Origin: Catajapyx aquilonaris
Taxonomy: Eukaryota
Direction of reading: 5' to 3'
NCBI GenBank assembly: GCA_000934665.2
Contig: KZ538201.1
Span: forward strand, 62,001-103,036
Length of the DNA stretch: 41,036 nt
Positions 1 through 12,073 of this stretch are shown piece after piece. The notes under the pieces are model-generated. The model saw nothing but the letters and a program-made list of their open reading frames with translations, was not told the DNA's origin and did not search any database. Each line of letters opens with the position of its first letter. The stretch's first letter is position 1. Made by a program: the position numbers and the translations under genes.

Positions 1-314
1 GAATGGAAGCCATCTTGGAAATAAAAAGAGGGAGCAAAGTTTCGATACGATGAGTGCGACGTGACGTATCGATGCTACATACGAGGTTCCAGCTTTTCTG
101 CCTTTTCGCCTCCTGCAGCCAAGGATGACCACAAAGGTCAAGTTCAATGTGCTACAAACCTTCCCCGTTAAAAACTACCCCTAATGATCTCCCTGGGGCA
201 CATGTCGACGCCTCCGTATTGATTTGCATAGGGAACGTACAGACATACGTTGGGATATATATGTATAAGATCAATATGAACTCATAATTATGTGGTAAAA
301 CTCATATGACTCAC

Positions 315-3300
315 TGTAGAACAGTGAAGTATTGCACCAGCTCCTCTCTGTTACACGTCCTCCAGTCCGATTTGTATCCCATCATGAGTATGTTAGGTCT
401 GAGCTTCCCAACACCAGTGGCTTGTAGGAGGGCTCTGGATCCGTCTGCAAAATCTCGTTTGTCTACCACCACGTAAAAAGCCTTGGTCTTGTGCCACCGG
501 AGCCACTTGTAGACCTTCTGGACCAAGATGGCACGGCTCTTGTATGGCAGAGCTTCTCGACAGACATGTCCGCAGATGAGAAGAGACACGCTCTTTGTCA
601 TGGAGTAGGCCAGATCTATGAGAGGAGGTCTGGACTGAGGTCTGCCACACAAGAGGAGGATCTGGGGACGGAAGTTCTTGACATGCTCCTGGATGTTTAC
701 TAAACTTTGGACCGAACTCAGAGCAGTCTTGTACGTTTGGGCCTGAGTGGAAGAACCCCAGTTCACATCTGTGGAAAGGACATTAGTTACTCCGATTCTA
801 AGCGCTCCAGGTTAGCATCGTACCTGGTTTCCTGTACAGCATGTAGATGTAAAGGACTATGACAATGGCAGTGGTGATAAGCGCAGTTCCCCAGCTCATC
901 AAAAACATGATGCCAAAGCACAGCAGGCTCCCAACCAGGCTGGTATGCCACGTGTAATACTGCCGAATTTGACAAGACCGTTACTGTCAGCTAATCAAGG
1001 ATTTATAGGAGTAAACTTACTTTGAAAGTGGGCCTCCAACCTACGGGTTTGACAACTACTGCATGGAAGCAGCAGAAGTTTACCAATCCGTAAGACGCCA
1101 TGAAGAAGTTGGAAATGAGAGGAGCAATGGCGTTCAGATCAGCTGGAATAATGAGCAAAATGAAATGAGCTACAGAGAAACAGACTATGGCCTCCACACA
1201 GTTTATATACGGATCTTAAACGGTTTCTCATATAAAAAGTCTTATAGAATGGCTCTGTCTGTCTGTGTACAGGTATCATGGCCTAAACAGCAAAAGATAA
1301 AGACAAACAGTTTTCGGATTCGAATTCAGCGGCTCCTAAATTGGTTTCCTGGTCAACTTCCGGTGACCGGCCACTTCTGGTCTTCCGGGTTCACACTATC
1401 TACATGCGGTAGAAATTATTTTCCTTCAGATTACTTGGAAACCGGACATGAGACTGACAACTTTCGATGGTCATTGTTGCCCAATTGAATTTCATTGGCA
1501 ATGAGAAAATGTCTACTCGAATCACGCACCAATGGTGAATTTTCATCAATTGCGGTTACTTACCAACGAGAATGAAGGCCAGAGCGATGAGAAAGGTGAG
1601 AGCATATGCAAAGAAGGGATCATTTCCCTTCCTAAATCCCTTAGCGAAGATGTCCAGGTACGGAAACAGCTTGTCCTTGCATAGGGCCTGGAAGAGTTTG
1701 GGCGCGGAAACGAGGCAGGCGAGCGCAGAGGACAGCGTGGCCGCGAAGCACCCTGCGTAAATCAACGGTCCGAAGATGGATATGAGCTCCATGATCTGGA
1801 AACTGTGGTGCATTCCCCATCCGCACTCTCGTCCTGTGCAGTTCAGGTATTCCTCTCCACCTATCTCGACCTCTGTAGCGTTTCCTGACGCTTCTCGTAC
1901 GGCTTCTGCACCGGCCAACAGCACGAACGCGATGTAAGACAGAGTGGTCAGTATGATGGCCCATAGTGTTCCCTTGGGTATGGCCGATGACGGATCCCTC
2001 AGGTCACCAGAGATGTTGGCTCCGGCCATGATCCCGGTACAAGACGGGAAGAAGATGGAGAAGACGGTGAAGAAACTGTGGTACTGGCCTTCGCTGAACC
2101 CGTAGTCCGGTTGCATGTTATCAGCGAACACGGTAGCTGGAATGGTAACGGTAGGGTCATTCACACTACAAGATGAACGAACGCAACCTAGTGCGCACCA
2201 CAGTTCGCGCAGCGTGTACGATTGGCATTAACAACAATGCACTTATTTCCAACGCTACGATTATGGGAGAACAAAATGGCCGACGTTGCCACGGAACCTC
2301 ACAGTGCTGTGAATTATTATTTGGCTCGTGGGGACGACATTGTTGTCACAACAGGGGAGCTGCGCGAGTGTGGGTGCGCACTCGGTTGAGCTTGAAAATA
2401 TCAACTGGCAGCTACTCACCATTGAATCCGACGTACCCTTTGGCAATTTCTTCGTCATTGATAGGTCCTATGAAGGCGCCTATAAGGAAATCGCCGATAG
2501 CCACAAGCAGGATGACCAGCAAGCCTTGCTGAGCCTGTAACATTACGTTTGTAATATTTTCGCACAATTTTTTTTTCAATTGGTAATTTTTTTTTACAGG
2601 AGCAACTGTTTCTCTTGAGTGACCAACCTTGGATTCCCATTCCATTCCGATGATGATGATGGACTGGAGGAGGATAAGCGCGAGTGTACCTGTCACCCTG
2701 ATGTCATTCTGTCCATTGTCCACGATCTTGGTTCCCAGTGACTTCAAGAGGTCATTGAGCGATTCCGAGAATCCCACGGTGTGCATGGCTACCGCCACAG
2801 CATTTGCGAATGAGAAGATCAAGCCCACAACCGCACCCCATTCTGGACCAAGTGACCTCGATATCATGTAGTATATCCCGCCTAGAACAAGAGGTCATCA
2901 AGTGTCGAACTATAGGGTCAGTAACATTGACCGATCTAACCTCCTTTGATGACTCCATTGGTGCTGATGGCCGACAGTGACAAAGTAGTAAGTATGGTGA
3001 CCACCACCGACAGCAGGATGATGAGGATGGCCTGGCCTGATTGTTAAAATCATGCAAAGAAAAAGAATGGTAACAATAGTATGCATGGCATCTGTGCACC
3101 AAGGATAAGACGTTGTGACGCAGCTGCTAAAATTGGTTTTTATTGGCAGCGTGGCTTCAATTGGTTCTGAATATTCATCTTCATTTGCAGGGGCCGACGC
3201 AGGTGTCTGTGATGGGTGCATGTAACTTACCGATTCCAGCTTGGGCGACGACCCAGGAGAGACGGAGGAAGAGCATGACCCCCCAAATGTTGAGGAGACA

Positions 3301-6300
3301 ACGGACCATGACCCCTTGAATCCAACCGAATTTAGGAGCCGCATTTTGGGCCTCTTCGTTTTCCTCAGCATCTGTCTTGGGCTGGAGGAATAGAAAGGTT
3401 CATGAGTCTGGAGGTGTTATGCAATAATGGGTCAACCCACAAAAATGTCAAAATTTGAGTTAAGCCCAGGAACATACACCTAAAGGATCCTACTTCATTC
3501 AGTTAAAATTACGCTGGTAAAATCAACATACATCTGCCATAAATGACCGAAAGGGTATAACCTTCAAAGCCCATTTTTTCAAAACTGGTATCATGTGGGT
3601 TGACTCATTATTGCATAACGCCATCCAAATTATAAATTAAAATACACAAACTATAGAAAAACAATTAAATTGGTACTATAAATTAATTAAAATTAGCCAA
3701 TATGAATTATGGCCCCCTGAGGAGTACGGTGGCTTTGGCAACGTTGTTTTCAGGTCTGCGCCAGTGTGGGTGCGCACTCGGTTCCGCTCGTAATAATATT
3801 CATCGATAGTTCACATGCAATGTAGGATGAGCTGAAGTGTCTAATCAGCATATGCTCACCATATATGAATATTATTATTAGGAAACAATTAATAGGCTGC
3901 AACTGTAGGCAAGTAGTGACGCAAACTTATTAGCTTTATAAGAAGCCAAAATTGCTAATTTTTGACCCCAGCACTATTCACTTTATAACGACCAAAGTAG
4001 ATATTGCTGCAATATTGAACCTATAAGCGGATAGATCTGGCCTGGAGCAGTTAAGCCGCCTATCGGAAGTGTTTTAACCCTTTTAAACTCCAAGTCACGT
4101 CTCTGAATCCATAAATTGAGACGTCCCCAACCCGGCCTTTGAGCTACTTTGCGACGCAGCATGGACCACATGCGTTAAACCGTCCTGTTGGACATGTTCA
4201 TTAACAATGGTTGCGCCAAACAAACTGCCAGAGGACAAAAGAGCATGCGTCGGAGGAGAGCGTAAGAAGAGCGTAACTGCTAGCTAATTGGACGAAAATT
4301 AAGTGCTTGTCAAAATAGTGTGATCTCATTTGAGTAGGTTAAGTTGCAAAGACCTTAGTCCGGTTGCAGATATGGAACCGTGGCCTGATTAGTAGCTAAT
4401 CCAGGACAGCTGTTTAAAAGTGGGTTACAGTTAAATTCAGTCATTTTGTGCCTTTAAAAAAAGGTCGAGCCGATAGATGTTTCATATCCCAGATTAAATT
4501 GTGATTATCTACAGGTTTTTTACGAGCTTAATCGAGTGCGCATCTACACACGCGCAAGTCCATCGTTCCGACAACAATGTTGCCACAGTAAGGTTCGTTA
4601 CAAGGGCCTTGGCAACAATGCAAAAGTCGGCCATATTGTATGCAACCCCCTCAATAGTAGTGTTGGAAACAATTTGCGCGAACTGTGTTGCGCACTCATA
4701 ATAAATTCATCTAATAGCTGGTTTGGAAGTTTGGTTTAATCGTTATGAAACACACCTTAGCCTAAGGAGTTAACTTCCTCAGGTAAATTACCTGAGGAAG
4801 TTAACTCCTTAGACTATAGGGAGCGAGTGTGTTTCATTAGAATAATTATAATTAGAGCTGAATTAATTATTCTCAGGTGACCTAACCTAACACGTGCTGC
4901 TGACGCTCGCTCTCTTCGCAGTAATGGTTATACGTAAGTTATGCTTAAAATAATACACAGTCGTCACACTGTTGATATTGTTGGCAATATTATTTGTCAT
5001 TAATTACTAATTATTTTATTTTATTGTTGACAGTCCTGTGACAACTGCCTAAATGATTTTCAACCATCAGCTGGCAGTATTTAATTGTGACGTCAGTATA
5101 TCCTTCTTTGAGCGTCACAGTTGGTACCGCTGAGACCTTGCATCGTTTTTCCTCGAAGGTTGACGATTACCGTTTCCCAGATGCTTCGATAATTTAGCCA
5201 GGGCATTGTTCGGTCTGACAGAAGAAGAAACGACCTAATACATGTGTCCTCGACCTACACTACGGACATTGTTATCAGTCTCTTGAGTTATACCTGGTAT
5301 TGCTCAAGATACAGTTGTAAGGATGTCATTGATACATATAGGATACGTATAGGAGATGAGTAAGTGCAGGGTGTTTCACTACCTTCAAGTGAAGCAGCTG
5401 ATTGTTGGTTGCTAGAGTGAATAAACCGTCGTTTGAAATTGTGAATTTGAGCAGTGTGTATGTGGGACACTGCTTGTTTTTGATGTAATCTAAGGATAAG
5501 GATTTGGAGGGTGTATAGGGCAGCGTTCAGGTGAGTGCATAAGTGAAGGCCATTTTACTTGAGAGGAAACATCCCAGTAATTATTACTTGAAAAAAATTA
5601 CATTATTCGATTATTGCATCTTGCAGGTTTCATGCGTTCTTCAGATATTCATTGGATAAGTTATGTCAATTTGATCAGCAATGACAGCAGGGTTGCCAGT
5701 GTCACCTCAAGCACAAAGGCCTTCAACTACATTCCTCGTGACAGTAACCTAATAGAAGCAACACAGTCAGTGTGTACACCCGGTATGACCTGAATGCAAG
5801 GAACATCATAAAGTTAGTCTGGATATCTGTTAGGCCAACACTGTCGTAAAGGATTGCATGAATCCCCAGGATTACAGCAATTCACTGAACAATCTGACAT
5901 TGTAACACTTATGCCAAGATGGTTCAGATATGTATATTTTTAAATATACGATGGCAAAATTAGAAACAGGCAGTGTACAAGGTGCCATTTATTTTTGGTT
6001 AAAACCATAATTTTTTAGCAATAGTAAGATCAAAATATTCGGTGTTATGGAATTGATTCTTAACAATATTAGCATGTTCTATTTGAGAAATATCCTGTAT
6101 AGCATACCACACATCACAGAGTCCTGCTTGTACAGAGACATGGTCTGCAGGATATTCCCTATTCCATCAAGGCTAGCGCGTGTAGGTAATATTCTGCAGA
6201 GCATATGGCCCGTCAGTGACAGTTGCTAAAAGTGTGATGTGCTATACAGGCTGTGCCACCAAGCTAATATAATCCAGGCTTAATTATAGTCACTCGAATA

Positions 6301-7537
6301 AATTAATACCTCCTCCAGGGTAGATAATGACAAAACATCAACTGGTACCGACATAGAAACATTGAACGTTACACAAGCATAGGCCGTGGATATGTTCCAG
6401 GATAAGGTGCAATGTGGGTTGCCGCTTGTGTCTAAGGGGCACCCACACCTTTGTTATCGTGTATGTCGGTCATGTCATTACTGGTAGGTCTCGCCACATT
6501 TCTTACCGCTACATTTCATACTTATTTTGAGTCAATCTATCGACTGACGGCTGTAGGACTCCAGTTTCTGACACACTCTGCAGATTCGCCTGTACTTGAA
6601 ACGCTTCATCTTTCGAGTCCAACAGGAGCCACGTTATATGGCACTTTCGTAGCGCTTCCTTTCAAAACGACCCGATTTCGGTAGAGTACGTGCTACAAGA
6701 CAGCAGTGAAGCGCATGTGAAGGGTGCTCAACGGAGAGGAGTATCTCAACACGCTTTGAATTTCGACGCGTTTTATCACCAGTTACGCAGCAGCAATGGA
6801 GCGCTCTACTTGCTGAAGCTCTTTTAACTTGCTCCATGTAACGTGGCTCAAAGATAATGCGCTTTATCCTGAGTCGCTTTTAGCATGGTCCATGTAACGT
6901 GGCTCCAGCACAAAGATAACGCATTAACGCTCTTCATCTTGAGACGCTTTTACTAGATTCGGTGTATAATGTGTATCAAAGATAACGCGCTTTATCCTGA
7001 GTCACTTTTGCTGTGGTCCATGTAACGTGACTCCAGCACAAAGACGACACGTTTTATCTTGAGACGCTTTTACTAGATTCCGTGTCATGTGGCTCAAAGA
7101 TAACGCGCTTTATCTTGAATAGATTTTACTAGGTTCTAAGTAAACTGTCTTCCAATTTGGCTAACCTTATGAATGACCACAGGACTGTGCAGTTCTTCCA
7201 ACGTTGGCCTCGTTTGGGCAGCTCCTCCCTGGGCCTGGATGGACAGCATGTTCCTGTAGTGGTCAAGCCTGGGCAGGGCTTCCTGGGTGGCATAATTGAA
7301 GGTCTTCCCATACACAGTGGCCTCATGGACATCTCCTAACTCCGGAGCCCTCAGAGTGCTTCTCCTTCTGCCCATGGGCCCCCGAAAGCCACCCATCGGG
7401 GGCGGTTGGCCCAGCTCCAGTGTACCTTCCTCCGGTATGGTCTCGTCCATCTGCATTCCAGCCACCATAGAGTTGACCCTGTTGACCCGGAATCTACTGG
7501 AGTCCACATCCTCCGAGGAATTGTTGTTGTTGGCCAT
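315..7537 (-). CDS. NKCC: SLC12 cation-chloride cotransporter, NKCC/NCC-type (N-terminus, TM domain and start of the C-terminal domain; continues beyond the left edge)
   Basis: Phase-consistent GT-AG exons in gene order: 7537-7166, 3381-3231, 3036-2941, 2881-2628, 2534-2420, 2136-1564, 1142-1021, 959-824, 768-315. Motifs [99 protein letters not shown] are typical of NKCC-type SLC12. An acceptor at 7578-7580 suggests a further upstream exon. Confidence 0.96.
1234..1450 (+). mobile_element. Non-autonomous DINE-1/HINE (Helitron-type)-like element in an NKCC intron
   Basis: AAAAAGTCTTATAG..GCTCTGTCTGTCTGT head shared with the elements at 9714-9957. A GTCT microsatellite near the 5' end is characteristic of DINE-1-like elements. 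Right boundary approximate. Confidence 0.5.
2165..2405. mobile_element. MITE-like element, family A copy 1
   Basis: Imperfect inverted repeat 2180-2213 (AACGCAACCTAGTGCGCACCACAGTTCGCGCAGC) versus 2359-2392. The same motif recurs at 3756-3790 and at 4534-4557/4673-4697. Confidence 0.6.
3408..3628. mobile_element. MITE with about 29-bp terminal inverted repeats
   Basis: GGTGTTATGCAATAATGGGTCAACCCACA (3413-3441) versus TGTGGGTTGACTCATTATTGCATAACGCC (3594-3622). No clear TSD. Confidence 0.7.
3731..3811. mobile_element. Partial MITE, family A (one arm)
   Basis: CTGCGCCAGTGTGGGTGCGCACTCGGTT nearly identical to 2360-2387. Confidence 0.5.
4506..4717. mobile_element. MITE-like element, family A copy 2
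   Basis: GAGTGCGCATCTACACACGCGCAA (from 4534) inverted to TTGCGCGAACTGTGTTGCGCACTC (to 4697); internal GTTGCCA/TGGCAAC pair. Confidence 0.55.
4745..4837. repeat. Perfect palindrome (25-bp arms, 1-nt spacer) inside an outer 11-bp inverted repeat
   Basis: CTAAGGAGTTAACTTCCTCAGGTAA-A-TTACCTGAGGAAGTTAACTCCTTAG at 4762-4812; ATGAAACACAC/GTGTGTTTCAT at 4745-4755/4827-4837. Confidence 0.9.
6833..7132. repeat. Degenerate minisatellite, about 55-70-bp units with alternating A/B structure
   Basis: Recurrent TCCATGTAACGTGGCTC..CAAAGATAACGCGCTTTATCYTGAGWCGCTTTT, about 5 units. Confidence 0.85.
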
Positions 7538-7757
7538 CCTTCTGGACCCTTCCTCCGACACTCTCCACACGTGGGTACTGAGTTTGGGTCCCAGGGTGGA
7601 CCAATATATTTGGTTAGCTCGGGTATATTAGTTACTTTTTACAAAAAAAATATATATGTAATAAAATAATTTTTTTGGCAGGAGGTTGTTGTGAGTCGCA
7701 ATGCACGCCACGTTATGAAGAGGAGCACACACCATGCCCATTTCTTATATATGACAA

Positions 7758-7820
7758 GGTTGGGGGGATTGGGAGGGGGGATAGTTGGGGGAGTTTAAGG
7801 AGGGTGGGTGGGTGGGTGGA
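7758..7820 (+). other. G-rich tract with canonical G-quadruplex motif
   Basis: GGGTGGGTGGGTGGG at 7802-7816, preceded by several longer G-runs. Confidence 0.55.
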
Positions 7821-9713
7821 GATTGCACTTGGCATTGGGTAGTCTGAGATGGGCTTCAAGACGGGACGGTTGATGCAATGGTGGGTCATGTGCTGGTTTT
7901 TGAGATGCTTTTTAAGGAGGTTTGTCTCAGGGGGCAAGTTCATGTAGGTCATGCTTTTGGGATCAAGTCGCATTAAGTCGGTATTATTGATTAATATATT
8001 AGATACAGTTATTATACAGTACACTGGTCAATTACTACATGGTCATGAAATTACTGTAGGCAACAAATCTAATCAGTAATTTATTTATTTATTTATTTAG
8101 GGAAATGATATTATGTTATGCAATTAAAAAGAGTTAGAAAACTGCTCATGATGGCTTGTTTATAAAATTGCAAATTCTGAGTCCTTTTTTCGCAAAATGA
8201 AATGCGACTGACCTTGCTGTCGACACTGGCAAACCTCAACAGAAGTCCATGATTTTTATGTCAGGGACAGATTTCTCCACCTGTACGATCTGGGACGGCT
8301 GCACCACATTTATGTAAATTATTTCCAGGAACTTAATATTAACACGGCCGTACACATGAATTTTCTTTCCAACAGTTATGAAGAGAAAAGGCCTGTATTT
8401 CATATCTGTGCCATTGGTTTTTTTTGACACTCTGTAGATTGAAATCCAGCTACGGTTGGATTCAAGATAAAGAGCAGGTATATGTATGAATGTAACTATG
8501 AGCAAGTGATGAGTACTTGGGGGTCAATGGTCACTGCTTTGACCATGCACTTCGATACTCTAGATTCCGCTAGACCGTGTGGTGCTCAGAAGGTTGTTTG
8601 TTTTGTTATTTTTTTCCAACATTCTCCAATAGCTATCTGGTGGAAGGTCTTCGACCTTACATTCCTCTTATTAATTAATAGACATACTGCACGACTTCAT
8701 TAAAAAATTTGCAGCATTATTGCAAATGACTAAGCAATGCTAATAAAGCTTTCAAACTTATTTACATATTGTTCGACTCCATAATTATATTCTCTTACAA
8801 ATTAATTAATATTAAACTCTTCAAAATTGAAATTAACGATAAAACCTTCCCAACAACTTCCTGATTGAATACCATCGGAATCCGGTATAATCTCAAGAAG
8901 CTCTCGATATCAGTCTGGAAACAAGGCTGTTGGATACGTGCCTTTTATTATCACCAATCCAGGGGTCAAAATACACCACCTTGTACAGGGTGCACTGCTT
9001 CACACATATCAGACGTTTTCTCAAAACAAACTTCAACAATTAAAATAATAAATAATTATATAAATTACATATATTACATATATTAAATTACATAAATACT
9101 TGTGTTTTAAGGCAAAGTTGGTTTGTTTGTCTGTCCAGATTTGTCTGTTTGTTTGTCCATGGTTGCTGGTAAAATTATAAATTAAATGACAATTAATTCG
9201 CAATAAAATGTCACATCTTTCTTGCTAAAAAGTGACTAAGAATGAACTAGATTTAAAAAATGGACTGATTCAAGCTTTATATTCAAAACTTGCTGTGAAT
9301 AGACATGTGCTGCACCTGTGCCTTTCTTTTATAGAATATTTTAAAATGTGCTTCTCCAGGTTTTGTGTAAGGTCCTTCCAGCCTTGACCCCGATCACCAT
9401 CACCATTTAGCAAAAAAGTTGCGACGTCCATTTAGTTTACCGCCATTGTTTTCCACGCCAAATATGAAATTCAAATTTGCACTTATTGCCGTTAAAAAGG
9501 CGTCCTCCGCCCGATAGTCCGTGGCCAAAAATAATTCGTGATGGCCATGTCGGCGTGCTTCCTGCGCGGTTCGTGACAAATCACATGGTCGCATAGCTGG
9601 TCACACGAGAAGTTACACAGTTGAAGCCCCCCCTCTTTTGTTGCAGCCTGCTTTTGTACAAGCATTGCGAATTGAGGGCAGCATGAAGATTATGGTGCCC
9701 CGAAAATCGGAAA

Positions 9714-9873
9714 AAAGTCTTATAGCACGGCTCTGTCTGTCTGTCTAATACCTGTCCACAGTCAGACAGACAGACAGACAGAGCCGTGCTATAAGACTTT
9801 ACCCACAACTCCCATATTTTAGAATTTTTCGAGTCTTATAGCACGTCTCTGTCTGTCTGTCTGATACCTGTCC

Positions 9874-9909
<36 letters not shown>

Positions 9910-9957
9910 AGACGTGCTATAAGACTCGAAAAATTCTAAAATATGGGTGTTGTGGGT
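9714..9957. mobile_element. Two tandem foldback hairpins built from a DINE-1/HINE-like element end with GTCT microsatellite
   Basis: Hairpin 1 at 9714-9800 and hairpin 2 at 9801-9957; four copies of AGTCTTATAGCACGKCTCTGTCTGTCTGTCT in forward/reverse/forward/reverse order. Confidence 0.75.
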
Positions 9958-11724
9958 TTAAAAAAATTAATGTTTCATACCTATTTTCTACCCATTTTTA
10001 TGCTTCTGATATAACTTATGTTTGTTTGGTTACCGGTATGTAAAAAGACTAGAGACATTAATATCAGACCTGCTACAGGATGTGGGATGTCACATTTTAC
10101 TTGCAGATATTTCATCGCTAGGTGGTCTCTGATATTGTTGGGAAGTTCAAACTGTGCTTTTGTAATGCAACTAAGCAATGAAACTGGTTTTCTTTTAGAA
10201 ACTGACCGGTATGAACTAGTTCTTTCACACAGAGCAAGTGCTGGCATGTCAAGTTACCCCTGATTGATTGATATTTCCGATTCAGTTATACAGTTTGTGA
10301 ATATTCATGTAAGCTGCTCCATTATTAAGCAGTTACTGTTAGAAAGCAAAAAAAATATTTAGGGACTTAGTATTAAGTTAAATATACTTATCGTTTATGG
10401 AATTGAGGTACAGTAAAGGGGCAAAAATATCAGCTCAACTTGGCCATTCACAAGGCACAAAAAAATTTGCACAATAGGATGGCGTTGTTGTTCAGTAGAC
10501 AATTAACCGCCATGTCAAATTAACAATGAAAGACACTTTCGGATCACAACATGTAACATGTTTTGTGACTTTTGGCCCCTATTTCGATTCTACTCGATTG
10601 GTTCAAAAATTTCAAGGAAATTTAAAAACCTGAAAAATAATGTCCATTTGTTTATTTGTTGTCCTAATCTCATCATACGTATATATGGAATATGTAAGTT
10701 CTAAGCACTACTTAATATTTTGTTAGGTGACAGGTTGTAATGTTGATCTTTTTATTTACAAAGTAGCTTTCCCTGCCTGCACCTATCCGACCATATTACC
10801 TGGGTATAAGTAAACAGCGCAGCTTACATAACTCATGTACAGTGTATTCAGCAATATATAATAGTAGCTCTTGATAATAGTGATACTAAGTCTCAAGGCT
10901 CAGCACATTGTTGGTAGTCATTGTGTGCCAGTACAATAATTTTAATACTGAATACGTTAGACCTAATGTAGATGTTTGTTCATACAAAGACCATAATATT
11001 ACATGCTTCGCTCTTGTACACATAAACACGCGTTACACATACAGTACATGTTCTTACACCTAATTACCTGGATGTATGTCCGAATGTCCAACGATCGTGC
11101 TGCACACCCCAGCAGATGATGACAAGCGACTGAATGAGTATAATAATTCGGTGGGAATGCGTACCGATGTATTGTCATTATAGTTATTCCTCCGATAGAT
11201 ATATATCCTATCTATTATTCGGCACCCCACAGGTACAGAGGCTTGTAACCAGATGCGTTCATTGTGCGCTTTCATGACTCGCCTGGCTACCATGCTCCGT
11301 GCCATTCAGATGCTGCGATTGTATTATGCACTGTGACATTCCTGAGTCACTACCTAACCTAACTGTGATTATTGTGCACGCAAAACCTATAGGTCCAGTC
11401 ATTGTTATCTACCCACATTTATTGTTAGTTATCATTGTCTGGCCTTAATAGGAAGCGTTTTGTGAAAAACAACTTGTTCATTTATTTTTCGCGTTGTTTA
11501 TTTATTATCAACAGTGTATTCATGTATATTCTGATTTTGAACTTCATATTATTTTATGTAGTAATGAATTCTTTCATTAACTGTATATGCAGTAGGCTAT
11601 TTCTTGAGTTAATCATTAAATGGTATACTGTGTTTATTTATTTGCCAATTTATTTATTAGTTTATTTATCGAATCTATCTATATTTTTATTTGTTTATTT
11701 ATTTATATGAATACATGCTATTAT

Positions 11725-12073
11725 CAGGGAGCATATACTACATAAGAGGCGCAAACATTCGATTTCCACGTCTCTCTGTTTGGGGCGTTGCCAAGGCTCG
11801 CGGCCATCTTGAAGTGTGGGGAACGCCAACGAGGTATAAATAGGGTACAGGCAAAAATAGGGTCCGCCATCTTTGATTCGCTCGTGTTCTTGCCGTGTAG
11901 TTGCCATGGCCGCCAAAACCATCAAAGATGGCGGACCCTATTTTTGCCTGTACCCTAGTTATACCTCGTTGGCGTTCCCCACACTTCAAGATGGCCGCCA
12001 GCCTTGGCAACGGCCCCAAACAGAGAGACGCGAACATCAAAGGTTGCGCCTCTTATGTAGTATATGCTCCCTG
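11725..12073. mobile_element. Foldback MITE with 7-bp TSD, probably P-element superfamily
   Basis: About 153-bp inverted arms (11725-11877 / 11921-12073) starting CAGGGAG; direct repeat CTATTAT at 11718-11724 and 12074-12080. Confidence 0.9.
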
